Assembly: GCA_040954595.2 (NCBI GenBank)
Contig: CM082582.2
Coordinates: forward strand, 7,194,063-7,258,062
Direction: 5' to 3'
Length of the DNA: 64,000 nucleotides
From: Balanoglossus misakiensis
Taxonomy: Eukaryota; Animalia; Hemichordata
Shown here: one piece after another, positions 50,201 through 64,000 of the stretch
How the letters are laid out: each line of letters starts with the position of its first letter
Numbering within the stretch: the stretch's first letter is position 1
Position numbers and translations under genes: made by a program
Notes under the pieces: model-generated
The model's input: the letters and a program-made list of their open reading frames with translations, nothing else
The model's database searches: none
What the model was told of the DNA's origin: nothing

Positions 50201-51279
50201 CCTTATCACACTTAACCAACCCGACCGCTCTTGACATCATCTCAAGACCTCGGAGAGACCGTTGACTCGGGGGAGAGTAAGGCCAAGGATTTGTGAAGTC
50301 AACTGTTTAATATCTTGGGTCACGACTAGACGGCGAAGTGGCAGGGGACAAGTCAAAGGGAAGGAAAGCGCTTTAACTTGAGATATAGCGTTAAATACCC
50401 CTCCCCAAGCAGCAAGATTCGATTATTGAACGACTTTGCCGGGTGAAATCAAAGCGTGTCGGATAACTTTTTGGCGGTCACGCATATCTAACGAAGAGAA
50501 ACGAGTTTTACTTACAGACTGGCGATTCCGATGTTGCTCTTTTTCAACTCTCTCAAATGTTGGAGCGGCGCGATGGGCTGGCGCGCGGGATTTTGGCCGA
50601 CGGTGCGGAAGAGATGCTGCACGTCGTCGGCGTCGATGATGTTCACGTAGGTGTTGTCGCCTATGGTCTCCTTGAAGATGGGGCCGTACTCGCGGAACCG
50701 CTCAATCACCGCTACGTGCATCTTCTCCAGTGTGTACGGGCCTGTGAATAGAACGCGAAATGCGTGAATAAATTATATGAGAGAGAGAGGGGGAGGGAGA
50801 GAGAGAGAGAGAGGGTGGGGGAGGGAGAGAGAGAGAGAGCCGAAATCGTCCAAGTTGACAGCGGCAGCTCTGTGTCTTTTTTCCAGATTATTGACCTGTA
50901 TTGCTGCTGCTATATTAATAATATTGTCCGCAAACACATATGACCAGGCGTGCGTAATTACTGATAACAGCTTGTGTTTTGACATCTTCGTCAGTCAGTC
51001 AAACGAGATTTATCGGTCGATATATTTGTTTGAAATATTGAAAATACACGTACCCAGCGAGGTGTAATCAAGGAGCGAGCCGATAAACGGCAACCCCTTC
51101 GGGCCGGGGATTTCTTCGAACGGTTTGCACTTTTTGGCGGGCGCGTCTTCGTTGATGACGTCGGCGACGACATCCATATCGGCAGTGGTTGCCAAGGCGC
51201 TCCTCAATCTCTGTACCATCAACCGTTGCTGCGCGCGCGTACAATCCCCCAGTATTCTGGCTTGCCGTATTCCGATCAT
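47288..51279 (-). CDS. Cytochrome P450, mitochondrial clan (CYP27/CYP24/CYP10/CYP49-like), ~526 aa, 9 coding exons: 51054-51279, 50516-50741, 49761-49951, 49398-49602, 48943-49123, 48560-48726, 48212-48290, 47865-48059, 47288-47398
   Basis: Arg-rich N-terminal presequence; [16 protein letters not shown]; C-helix GEEWAKIR; I-helix AGIDTT; K-helix KETHR; YRPERWL; heme motif [19 protein letters not shown] junctions are phase-consistent and the stop TGA is at 47288-47290. The CYP family cannot be assigned by eye. Confidence 0.94.
50779..50839. repeat. GA/G-rich low-complexity microsatellite in a CYP intron
   Basis: (GA)n interspersed with G runs. Confidence 0.85.
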
Positions 51280-52709
51280 GGTGAGAAACCTGACAAAAAA
51301 CATACACAGAGGTCACCAAAAATGATCGCTATCATAAGTCAAAAGGTAAACCCCATCAAAAATAGTGGTAGTTATATAAACGATCCATATACAGGGAGAC
51401 ATTTTCCTTGAAGGTCACGTTCAGATCTAACTGCATTTATTTGTAAAACGAAAAGTGCAGAAACCGTTCAGGTAACGATTACTTTACTCCGTAACAAGAC
51501 GACTGGCTTATACGCGTCGGATCACCCAAGTGTTTTACCGTTCGTGTTAATTTACAATAAAGACAGCGATAGCATCATTGACACTGCAGCCGAAGCATTG
51601 ATGTCATTCAGCTGTTAGCTAGCGTATCAACTACTGCGATGTACAACACATTGACGACCCCCCCCCCCCTAAAAAAACCTGCGATAATATTAATAGGAAC
51701 CCCGGCTCTGGAAATAGTCTATCGTGGAGCCGATTTTGTGAAGTTACTGTTCAAATATTTGGGGGTCTTCCGATGTTTTATAACGGTGGTGCGCGGCCGG
51801 TCTTACCGGGAGGTCACTTTCAGCGCCGGGCATTGCCCTTGCGTGGCACGGTGCGCAACTGCGTCAGGAAAAAAAACCTGTCACGTCACACGCAGGGACC
51901 AATATCTTGCGTAGGGCAGTACGTTCGGCGACCAGATGATGCCTCGAACCGCAGCCAAATCACCGTGGTAACATCGGTGCTTCTGTCCGTCGTTACAAAA
52001 AAAAGTGGCGCGGCGCTTGCGATGCATTAAAGTTCTAATACATATTTAATCGCCTAATCGATCTGCAGTGAGGTTGTGGTGTAACCTTGCTAAATAAATA
52101 CGAGACGGGAACGTAAAGTGGGCCTTGAGTGAAGTTAAACTGTGCGATATATCGATTTTGATGCTCATTTTTAGACCGAAAAAAATGGACCCCGGGCATA
52201 GTAATGTTGGAATACCGCCAAACTTGGCATCGAGCCAACTCCGAGTGCTTGCTGTGTGTGAATTTGACGTTCATTGACAGGTTCACCGAATCAAAATATT
52301 CTCATTTCCCGCCTGCTTTTTATCAGATGCGCTTTGACTCTTCGTGTTTTGTACACCGAACGCTTTTTGTGGTGGTGGGGGAGGGGCAGGGTTACGTGAC
52401 AGCACCCCCCCCCCCCCCATTAACTTCAAATACGACAAGCTCGAGGGAAAAGACTCCTGCTTTTAAACAAACGCCTTTTTCGGTAGTTTTTGACTAATCG
52501 ATCCAATCAAGGGTGGCAACACAGAAAATTGCAGTCGAGATGGACAGTTCGCATGCACATAAATGGGGAAAAATGAAATCGTTTAAGAAATCATACGGTC
52601 GTGTGCGGTCATTCCATATCGACCAAAGCCAGCGGCCGGCACAGGACGGGGATAGGGGAAACAACGCCGGGTGGCGTTGTGGAAGACAAAAAAAAAAAAC
52701 CGAACTTAC

Positions 52710-52928
52710 CAGGTATACGACTAGAGTAATGGAATGATCGAACGAGCAAAATATCTGCGAAGAGACTCGACCGAGTGTGCTCCAAATTTTAACGCTCTCC
52801 GACGAAAGGTCTATATGTCCACTGCTGAACTTACGTTAAGGTAGCTATTGACAAGTCGCGAGTGCTATAAACGCATATCGACCCGGCTTCAGACTAGAGC
52901 CAATACAACTGTTTACGTTGCCTTTATA
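52710..52928 (-). promoter_or_regulatory. Candidate CYP promoter and non-coding first exon (TATAAA 52923-52928; GTAAGT donors at 52834 and 52709)
   Basis: The CYP ATG is preceded by a strong acceptor (TTTTTTGTCAG at ~51290), which implies a 5' UTR intron. A TATA box followed by consensus GTAAGT donors lies ~1.4-1.6 kb upstream. Confidence 0.45.
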
Positions 52929-55900
52929 CCCACGCCTTGTGACATGAGTACATGTTAAACAGAAGCCGAATCAATAAATATAAAAATTGTGACTGGCGAA
53001 TGGATGGGACGGACTTTGATGTGGTTGGCTGTTGGGCACAATAAGCGTATGCGCGACACCGGAAGTTCGTATGTTAATCGGCACGGCCCACTGGCCGAGG
53101 TAAGTGACACCGGCGAATTGAAGGCCTGCCACACACACAACAACTCGTATCTTCTACGTCATTCACAAAACGCCAGAGCTTGGCGGGCGTGCATTGATAA
53201 TAGCCTTTTGAAATTAGCTGTTAATGGCGTTTGGGGTTTATGGGGTTATTGACCTCACGGTAAAATGCCCGGCAATGTCATGTTTTGGCATCGACCTGGA
53301 TCAGCCGGCTGCGCGGGCGGGGCGGGGGTGGGCGGGTTGGATTATATAGGGAGGGGGACCCGCCCAAGAACTTTAGGTCAATGCACAAGTTGGTTCTGTC
53401 ACGGTGCTGTGGCCAAGAAGTGGTTAACGTATTACGGATTCCCACCCAAGGCGAGATAGTGCTACCTCGTAACATGAACTTGCAATCGAATCAAAAACGC
53501 AAACTTTTGGATTTTTAGTGCTTTAATTGAAACTCCGTAATTTTCTAAGTTCAGAAATATTTTGTGGCGAAAACATTGAATGAGCCAACCACCTGGTATC
53601 CAGAGAAAGCTCCCCGCCACGATATGGTCACCTGGGTACTTTATAGGTAACCTCGCATTCTCAGATTTCTAAAATTAGATTAATTAATTGATTTACCCTG
53701 TGATAGAAGTGGAAAAAAACTTACTCCGGGGACGAGTCGAAACGTGTCCCTCAATCAATCCGCCATTAACGCTCGCCTAGCTACACAATGTCTAATTGGC
53801 GAAGGGGAAAACACTTCCCAATTACATTGTGCTCTAATGAGACGCCATTATTTGAAGATTTTTTTCTTCAAGTTCTCAAAGGGTGTTGACCGGTAGGTTA
53901 TTGCTCCCTGTGTTCTTTCAAGGTGAGGTTGACATGCGCCCCATTCCACGCCAGTTGTTATGCCGCCGTTTCTTCCACGTTTTCTTTGAAACAACAGCCT
54001 TGGCGATGTCTCCGAGAGAAGGATGACGGAAACAAACAACCCCCTAATCGCCCGCACAACACAAACCGCATTGACGATGGCCTACAGAGTGCGTGACGTC
54101 ACACCAGTCAGAGATACTCGTTCCAATCATCCCATCCACAATCCCACAAGAACGCCATGCGTAAGCGCGGTAGCAAATATTTTTTCCCGGAAAATCAGTC
54201 TGTCGCCGGCCGTGTGCAATATTTACTCTGTATGGGGCCGTATTGCTATTTGTGTGAAGTATAGCCATCACAATGGGCGAATACTAGCCGACTTTGGTAT
54301 TATACCGAAAGAAAAGTGACTGAAAGATAAAATTCCTGGCATAGCGTGCCTCGAAAGCTAACGAAAGCGAAGCTGAACACGTAATCATCGGCCTCAAATC
54401 ATGACCAGGTTTCAGTGTACTGAAAGACTTTCAAAATTTCGCAGGCCGGTGGAAGATGCCGATAATATTTTCATAAATTATTTTTAGTTGGCGCATTATC
54501 CCCACTGCGATGTGATTGGTCCCGGCTGAGAGCGCGGCCTACTTTTTCAGTAAATACGATGTTGGTCATATATAGGTCACTCATATCATTGGTTACTGGC
54601 CATCCATCCTATAGTTCGCTCTGCAGATTTATTTCAACAACGTTGTCGTCTTTAAATTCGACGAAACTAGCATGGGAGCCCAAGCGAAATAGAACGCTCA
54701 GTACAGCGCGCGCGTCCAACACCAGCTTTTGCGACCAAGGCCAATCCCATTGTACAGAGAGTCTAATTACTTTTGGCCTGTACTTACTACAAAAAAAGAT
54801 TAAGACAGTCGCCTTCAAATGTGTTCTTGAGAGTTTTTTCAAAAGTGACGAAGACAGGGACATTTGGCCACACCTCAATTAGTCCGGCATGAAAGAAACG
54901 TTCGAGTATACGACCTGCCGAGCGTTCACCTCCGCGTTCTTGCAGCTAGATACACACACGCGCGCGCGCGCTTCTTCTCACTCTTGTATGTAGCGTGGGG
55001 GCTTGATTGGGAACTGGAGACATTTTCTGGAATTCCGAAATTCCTGGCATACGCCGAACGGCAATGCATTTGCCTCTCGGTAAAATTATGACAAGTATTT
55101 GCAAACAAGTGTGCACGGCCGGCCGGCCCTCGACTGGGGTCGACCAGCTCGTAACTAAACATTGCTCGGAATCGAACAGAAATCAATGCCCGGATGAATG
55201 TCAACGACTGGAATGCAGCCAGCGTATATACGATGCCCACGATTAACTTACGCTGGCGATAACGGTAGATAGTCACGAATCCCTCGCCGATTTATTACAT
55301 CGAATGGCGATAGCCTCCGAATTATCAATTAGGTTTTATTTTTCAAGTTGCATTCTGTTCCCACAGTTTATGGTTTTAAATCCTATAGTCAGAAGCCTGC
55401 ATTTTTTCGCTGTGGAGAGTCGTAATTATACGGTCATGATGATAAACGCTCAGCCAGAAACTTGGGCATTTTTTTTGTATTCCTGACGGGATTACTTGAT
55501 TGGCAGTGTCTATATGCGCGTGCTGAGCTTTCCCTAACCTAAAGGGACAATGTCGCGAACTTTTGACATTATTTCGGTCGTTATTTTAGTTTGAATTCTT
55601 TATTTTTGTTATTCTGCTCTATTCGTGGGAGAGTACCAGTACAGTGAAGTGATGAGCAGCGTATTCCGACGATGTGGATCTGCAGTGGGCTTATATAAAA
55701 ATCAACAACTCAAAGATTGTATAATAAGATCACAAAAGAACTGAAGATGCATCTCGGTTAACGATCCGAGGAATAAACCGAACCGTTTCTTATCGTGCGT
55801 AACACAATCCGCGTACGAACATATGAGAACGTCACGAATTATCTCTTTTGATTACCGGAACTCGTCAAAAAACCGTGATATTTCTGAACTCGGTCATTCG

Positions 55901-58437
55901 TTTCTTTGGCGAGGTTGAAATATAGTGAAGCATTTTTTTTTTACTTTTATAGTAAGGTAGCGGTTTAGCCCTCACGACATGTTTCAGTCTTGTTTGGGTC
56001 TTGCATCTACACGTCATTTCGAATGTCAATACTGGTGAGTGAGCTGAAAGGCTACAACACGTGAATTTTTATCAGATCAATGTGGTTAAGTACTCGGTAT
56101 TACAACCGCATATGCCAACTGCGCAGTATTCACAGCGTCAGAATCTGACGATCTGACGTGCGGTGACACACTTGAATCAAGGGGGCGGGTCGAACGGGGA
56201 TAATCACGGCCAGCGCGCGCGTTATTGGTTGATTGACGTCACTGATTGACGCGTGCCAGTTGACCAATGGGGCGTGGCTTCTGCATTCCGCATTCCAGTT
56301 TACCTGCAGTCAACGACCGAAGATGGCAGGCGGGATCCTATGAATGTTTTCAGAGTTGAAACGAGTTCAATGAACGTTGCGATGTCACATCGTCATTTCA
56401 CCTCAATTCTATGGCCTCGCTGTATGGGCGCCCTAAAATAGAAATCTGCTTTAAAAAGAAACCCTGTCGATGTTCTTTCACTTTTACGACGCGGATTAAA
56501 GACAGTACGCGTCAAAGCATTTCCTTCTTTTTTATAGATGCTCCCTTTCTTTCTATATTTTCCATAGAATGTCTCAGTTGCTCTCCAAATAGCTAGTTCA
56601 CCGACTGATTACGGTAATCTACGTGCATGTTGTCCTTCGCCCGTATTGAATATAGGTCACCCGAGGACGCGTTTTATGATAACTACCTTGCCCGTCGCCG
56701 CAATCCCGTGCACACGTCAAAGCGTTATGAATGGATTGAACGCACATTGCAGTTAAACGTGATATATTGGCCATTTCTGGAATCATATATAGATTGCGTG
56801 GCAATTATTGGTTATGAGACAGTGTGTGCGGGCCGTCATCATGCGCTCCGGCGGAGTTGAATGTTTTTGCCGCCGCGGCTCGGTGAAAATCTCCGATGGT
56901 GATGACTCGGGGAATCTCTGACTTACTGCGGCGTTGAGTGTTAGGATGCGCCGCGCTACTGTTCCAGGGTTATTTGCCGCCGAGCTTCGGTGGTGCCGCA
57001 GAACGTGCGTCATCAATTACCCCGGCTCCGTGCTGTCACAGACCCGAGCAGCTGCTGCAAGAACCCGAAAGAATTCTCTGGCTTTTGCCAGGGTGCCACG
57101 ATACTGTCATTTTGCCAAAATTAAAAAATAAATAAATAAATAACCTGACATGGTTTTCTCCGGAGTATATTTGGCTTCTAATACCCTGGCCACTGTTCAA
57201 ACTGCTGCCCTGGGAATTATATTTTTTTTAACGGCCAACAATGACACGCTAGCCAAACCACACCTACTAATCAATCTAAAACTAACACCCACGCCCCGTT
57301 TGCCAACATCTCCGGCTCCGCGCATACCTACATCAGTCGGGGTAGTGGTATGTATTTTTTATTTAATCACGGGAGGAATGGCGTAGGCTTAAAAGTGACA
57401 AAATACAAACACTTTTAACCACGTGACTTCAAGGTAACTCGTACCACGAAGTTGAGCGAGGCGGAGCAGGCTGTTTTGGGAAGGTACCTGGACTGTACAT
57501 GCGCATGGACCAGTCGCATGTTTGTCTCACAATACCAACAAAAAATAAGAAATAAATCATATTCGAACAATATGCACGATAGTTTATTTTTGGCACGGAG
57601 TTTTCTGAATACCTGGACCAACAATTTTCAGTCTGCATGGGTATACCACCTCGCGATCGATCTGCATCGACTGCCGCTTTGCTGAGGTGACGTCCCCAAA
57701 TCCGAAGTACCTTTTGTAGAGTACTACTCGTCATGTCGGTAGAATTGCGAGCGAATTACCTAACTGTGGCCGCCTTCACGTTGCCCCCCTCCGTCTCAGA
57801 AAGTGGTATGTGATCTAACTGCGTGATAAAAAGTATTTCTGATACAACGCATAAGCGTGACAGCACCGACAGATTACAAATGTGAAAATGGAATTCGATA
57901 GCTTCGATAGTTAAACCAAACGCACGGAAATATTTAATATGGTGTAAGACTGCACGCTATCCGAGGGTAGTGCCATGACGACGGGACGGTAGCGTGCATG
58001 CGCCCAATTCGGTGTCCCCAATCTCGGCGAGTTTGGAGCAGCGGGTTATTTGAGGGCAGTGGCCTCTCACGATGCCGTATCGATCATAACAAATGCGCGG
58101 TGGCGGATTTGCGGCTAATATTAAGCACCCTTTTGTATGTGAACACAACACAATATAGAACCATCGCTGAGAGGCTGGCTTATCTGATAATACCAGTTGT
58201 GTGCGTAAAACAGCACGCGGCCGCGGCGGTCACTCACCCAAGCTGAACTCTCGGTTGACGAGATGATCGCCGCGGACACGTCGTTTCAGGGGCTCCATAA
58301 AATTAAAAGCTATAACTAGAGAGCGGTTTGCTGCGCCGGGGGTCGCTGAGAAATCGAAACCCGGCCTCAAAGTGCGTGCGTGCGTGTGCCGTTTTGTTCG
58401 ATCTACGGCCTACATCGACATATTTACGGTGGCAGCG

Positions 58438-58567
<130 letters not shown>

Positions 58568-61500
58568 GAACCCACATCATCATTCGTGACGTCGTTCATC
58601 TTTTTTCGGCGCTTTTCGCGGAGAATTGGGATGAGGTATATACCGGTAAACAGCTGCTTGAAATGGCATTTTCCACATGCGATGTTGATAAATGTTGATA
58701 AGACTCAGATCCTATCGCTGTCGTTGGAAGTCAATAATATTATCTTTTTTTCGAGGTGGTTTCATTCAGTCATGGAAGACAATTATTCCTGGAGTAAATA
58801 AGGGGAGAACCGTTTGATTTCTGGCTCTGGATGATTTGGGTATGTCTGCAAATTATTTTTTTTCTGCCCAAAATTCTCCATCCACACCCCCTCCTCGAAA
58901 TTAGATCGTACTCCCTAGCCAGACTGATAAGGCCGATTGATTGTGAAGTTGAATTATCGGGGCGGGACCATCCCGTCGCCTTGCGTCACGCGCATTTTAC
59001 CATAAATGTTCTATGACAATAATCACCCATCTGCGTATCACAATTTACGTTCGATCATCAGAAATTACGATGTTCGATCTAAGCATGATGAACCGTCGAC
59101 TCAATCAACGATACCCCCCCCCCCCGCCCGCTCCAATGTGAAGTATGCACAAATGTCGGTCAAACTAGACACACACCATCAAGTTGACATGAACCGCTCA
59201 AGAACTATGCAAAGCACCAACGGCGATCGCTGTCCTAACGCAGCGATGTACATTGTATATCATACTAAATGACATGAATGAAACGCATTTTACATTTAAG
59301 AAAAGAAAAAAACAAGCTATTTTTTATAAACACAAAGTTTTCAAGCCCAATACAGGTGTACAATCTTATGTCTTATAGTTATACGTACTTGTTCTGTACA
59401 GGTAGTGTCTTCGGAGTTTCGGATTGTGGTACACTGGCAGTATAGTGCGTGCGCTGTGTGAGCTACGAGCCTATCTCCAGTGGTGGTCGCCGGTGCGTCT
59501 ACGCCGGTGTTGCGGACCGGAGTGGTATATATATCAAGCCGCGGCGGAACGGATCAATAACAATACGTGCGCGCAGCGCGGTTGCGCTTGGCAAATCATA
59601 ACCATATTAGCCGTCACACAATTACGCAGACGTTTTAACCGCCAAGTGTCGTCATGGCGACGGCTTATCTCACCCTATTGTCGATAGCGACGCTCAATAC
59701 CCCGCCTGCGTCATCAGCGGAGGTATCTTTATTCATCATCCCGGGTTCTTTACCTGCAATGTCATTCACTTTTGGCGGGACCGATTTTGTGGCCAACTTA
59801 CTCATCTTCCCAATTATTTGTATTTTTTTCAAATAAAAACGTGATAGTTCTCTCAATGGAAGCGAATTTCCGACTGCAGCGTGTGTCCCAGCTGTAGGTG
59901 TTTGTTTGACGATGAGTAAAGCGGCGCGGTTGAAATTTGTGTCGAGTCACCGTCCCTCCACCACCGTGGTCGAGTGAATTGTCGCCCGGTGAAAGAAAGC
60001 GCAACGCCCTGAGGGGAAGTTGAGCCAATTCTTCGTCGGTGACCCCCGCGCGATCATACTGCGATGTCCTCACAGAGCCAGGAAACGGGCCACAAATTCA
60101 CAAATATGCACATTGGTTGTAACACTGTAGCTTGCAAAATGCAATTTATAAGATAGGTCGGGTGCCAGTCTTGTAATTAGCAAAATTATAATAGGGTGGT
60201 TCTCCTGAAAGAAAGAAAAAGATAGAGCGAAGTTGTGAGTTGTCTGACTTGTGAAGCATACGCATCATGCTTGGATGAGCATATTTGTCATCTGCACCAT
60301 TAGGCGAAACCCTTTTGACATTGGGGGAGGGGTAATGCAACTTCGGAAACAGGTCGACCAAAGTGACAAGTTTTTTGCATGTTTATTGGCCCTGCATAAA
60401 AAGACATCCACATCCCCTCCTCCGAAAAATCATAGATTCTAAGTACTTTCTACAAAGTCAATGTCAACATATCAAAATCTTCAGTTCGCTGGTTGACTTG
60501 AGCCGGGGGGGGGGGGGGGGGGTTGAGAATTGCATCTTACAAGACACTCTCTTACAAATGTCCCCGTAGGCAACAGCTCGCGAGGCCACATAATAGGCCA
60601 ATACGAGTGCACCCACGTTGGTGAAATGCATCGTAGCAATTTTTGGCCTACTTCGAAGCAAACGTTGTTGTCATTTTTTTTCTTTCGTAGTGCAGAGACA
60701 GTTTTTTAGACTTTTGTTAATTCGAAAATGCTTCAGTCCTCTCCCTGTCGTCAAATGGTCCACCCCTTATATTTCGTTGTTATCCACGACCATGTATTAA
60801 AAACATTCACAACCCTTATATTTGCATTACATGTACTGTTTCGTGAAGACGCCCCGAGCGTAAACATACTTGCGATAAGGCGATGTGTCACAACAAGCGA
60901 TAATAAACGAAAGTAATGGACTTACAAGAAAGTAAGAAGTCAACACATCAGCTGTTACGCAAACAGCGCTGTTAATTGTTTTTTTTTCTTTCCCGTTAAG
61001 GCACCTCGGTATTGTTTAGGGAGTCCGTGGGCGGGCAAATAAGATTACCGATACCTTGATGGCGATATGGCAGCTCGTTATCTGTCTCGAGCAAACATGG
61101 GGATATTTGAGTTTGGTTATTATCGCAGTTCAACGACCTACGGGCGATTGTGACTTTCGCCCGGGGACGATATCTGGCGGTTCGCATTTCGCGTCTCCGA
61201 ACCCCAGTCGGAAGTTGTGGTATTGAAGCCGGCGGAAACGGGGCATGGCGGTACACGGCGGGTCTCTCGTTACTAAACGCCGGCAATCTGTACCAAGTCA
61301 CCGCTAGTTTGTACTTCACTTCTGTAAAAAAAACCCGCAAAATTTAGAGTCAATGAACGACATTGAGACAACGGAAGTTCACCTCTAACGAGAGGAAAGA
61401 CAGATCCATCAGAGGTGCGTATATCGGTGTTTGTTGTCCGTATCGGTCATGTCGGTGGATGGCCGGATCTTCGACGGACAGCGGGGAGGCGAAGGTGGAG

Positions 61501-64000
61501 CGCAGTGCGTTTTTACACGGTCACCGTGGTTTTTACTGTACTGTGCATGCATGTTCATCGCGTTTTCATTTTCGGGGTACACGTATACCCAATTTCAATC
61601 AGACAGTGTGTGAGAAATTTTGCAGGAGAACACGGTATATCTTTTGGAGCAGAGTCCGAGTCCAGGTCGTAGATCTGAACGAGACACTGCAGTAGATACA
61701 CAAAATAAAAATAAAATGTACAGAAAACGAAGCAAAAAAATTACTGTTAATGGATCTTTAAAGGTAACAATGGAAAATCGGGTCGTTGTATGGATTTACT
61801 CATGATAAAAAGAAGTAGCGCAAGCAGCCCATCAACTGTACCCGGGTAACTTGAGGTCTAAGAATAGACCACCGACCATCTAATAAATTAAACTCGTGAG
61901 ATTTCTATCGCCAGGTGGCACGTCTTTACTGTACACACAGCCGAATTGGGAAGATTTACGACTTTTAATAAATAACTTGTCTGGCCAAATATGAAATACG
62001 GTCATTGGCACGCTGAGGGCAGCCAAGAAAACAGTGTGACAAGATGGTTCAGATTCCATGACATCGGAGAGCAACTGTGATTTCATTAGGGGAATGGATG
62101 ACGTACAGTGTAGACCCTATATTACTTGAGCAACGAAGTTTAGCTGCATGGGTCAAACTTAGATTTTTTAAATCTTAATACAAGACAGGTATAACTCAGG
62201 TTCGGGCGTGGATTTACACTGAACTTCAAGTGACATAATTCTATAAACATACCTGTGTTTGGTTTCGCTCTACTTGTGAAAAGATGCGCGCGTGGGCGCA
62301 CCACTCTTGGGCGAGAGGTATTCAGTCACGCCAGTATCGTCCGCCCACGCTAGGGAAAAAAGAAACCAAAACGAATAATGTTGTGATTTTTTTTGTCAGA
62401 TGGAGAAAGAACAGTAAAATTGCACGATATGAAACAAAGACTTCAGACAACGAGCAACACCTGGTATTTAAAGAATGCACATGGTATTTCTTGTTTCGGT
62501 ATGACGAAGTCCGGGGGATGAGAGATTACAGGTATACGGTCACTCGTGCAAATTTAGCTATAAGCTAAGGTTCTAGCCACAGCATATCGCGAGTAGAGCA
62601 TCTCGAACAACCAGATCGCTCCATTTGTACCATCGATATATTCGTACGATATAACAATCGATATTTTCATGCTTTATTGAATCCTTATTCTAACCTACAC
62701 TTGGTATTTACTACATGTATGTATTCAGGCCCAGCCTAATTCTCCTGCGATCAACCCCCCGTCTTGTAACTGGTGCTGACATAAAATAAAGAAAATCTTC
62801 CAAAGTTAAGAGAAGTTCTAAAACATAAAAATAGCAGCAAAGCCGTAAAAAACCTCGAGCTCTGCGGATTTCCACTTTTACTCTAAAATCGATGCCGATG
62901 ATTCATTCCTGCGAAAATAGAATGGAACTCCATCGAAGTCCCTTTTATAGTGAGTGTATGTAACAGCTTACGCAAGTTCAGCAAAGGTAATCCTTCTTTC
63001 CGATTTTCAGGGAGGAAAGTACAAAAATGTTATGGACACGTGCACCATTTAAATTGATAAAATATAGGACATGAGGTAAATGATTTGATCATGATGCCAG
63101 CGGCATCGGCGGGCCATCTCACACCAGGATCTCCACGATTGGGGAGATGCGGTGCAGACATTTGCTACCCTACCAAGCAAGTGCAGTTCTGCTTTCACCG
63201 TGACGGTCACGGTTTTGGCGCTGATTGACCAGTGAATGCGCCTGTGCAGTGTAAAGTGGCGATTTTAGAGGTTGAGAGCTGACATCACTAGTAGAAGTGG
63301 GTCGCTGGATGGTCTTTGGCTGCACTTCGCCGTGTGCATACGTCAAGCATAGAGACAGGAACGAAATCAGAAACAATGTCCGTCATGCATGATTGGGTCC
63401 ACACACCTGAACTCAAAACTCAATAGTTGGGTCGGTTATTAAAAGTACCCGTGACCACAGCCACTGTGCCCTTGCCAAAATCACTGCCTACAGTTCGACG
63501 GGTTAAAAGTCGGGTCAGTGAACTATGTAACACTTATACCAGCGGCCCCTGGTCCCAGCTGCTCTGTCGGCCCAATGCGGACATTCCTGACGGAGGCGCG
63601 AAATCCAGGCCTGATGTGACAACTATGGATTTTGCTTTTAAAAAAATACATAACTTTATTGAGGATGCCCACGCCATGCTTTGTTTAATGTTCTAAGCTA
63701 TAAATCTTGTGGCCGGCTTCGTTTCAAAATAGCCTTTCCTTTCGACTCCTAGTCGGAGATACAATGATATAAATGTAGTCTCAGCACTGATGAAAAGCCT
63801 CATCTTTTGCAGAACCGAGTGAGATCTCTGTACGGGGCGACTTCCAAACGGGGTCAACGTCCTCTGTCGCACATACAGCGGAAAGTAAAGTGAACTACAT
63901 CATGTAAAAAAAACCCTTAGAGTGCGGCAATGAAAGACATTTGATTAACTCTCCCAAGGAAACCACTTTACCATGAATAATTGTCTGGTTTGGTAGCTGC

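Overview
Eukaryotic (invertebrate metazoan-like), intron-rich genomic DNA. I assembled four protein-coding genes by hand from GT/GC-AG splice sites with consistent reading phase. (1) An RNF41/RNF151-like RING-zinc finger-coiled-coil E3 ligase (+, 9188-11204, 2 coding exons). (2) VIRMA/virilizer, an m6A-writer scaffold (-, 21435-35925, 35 coding exons, ~1913 aa). (3) A membrane dipeptidase of family M19 with an N-terminal signal anchor (-, 36965-43182, 10 exons). (4) A mitochondrial-clan cytochrome P450 (-, 47288-51279, 9 coding exons). The most notable non-genic signal is an apparently intact type I hammerhead ribozyme at 45712-45764 (+). It has a palindromic stem III and an upstream TATA-like box, and lies next to a decayed ORF, an arrangement typical of Penelope-like retroelements and retrozymes. 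Other observations: two GC-AG introns (VIRMA, dipeptidase), a long hairpin in the VIRMA 3' UTR, a pre-miRNA-sized intronic hairpin, a CpG-depleted domain extending well past the VIRMA 3' end, an orphan promoter-like motif cluster, a G-quadruplex motif and a (GATA)n microsatellite. All calls were made by eye; no database searches were run.
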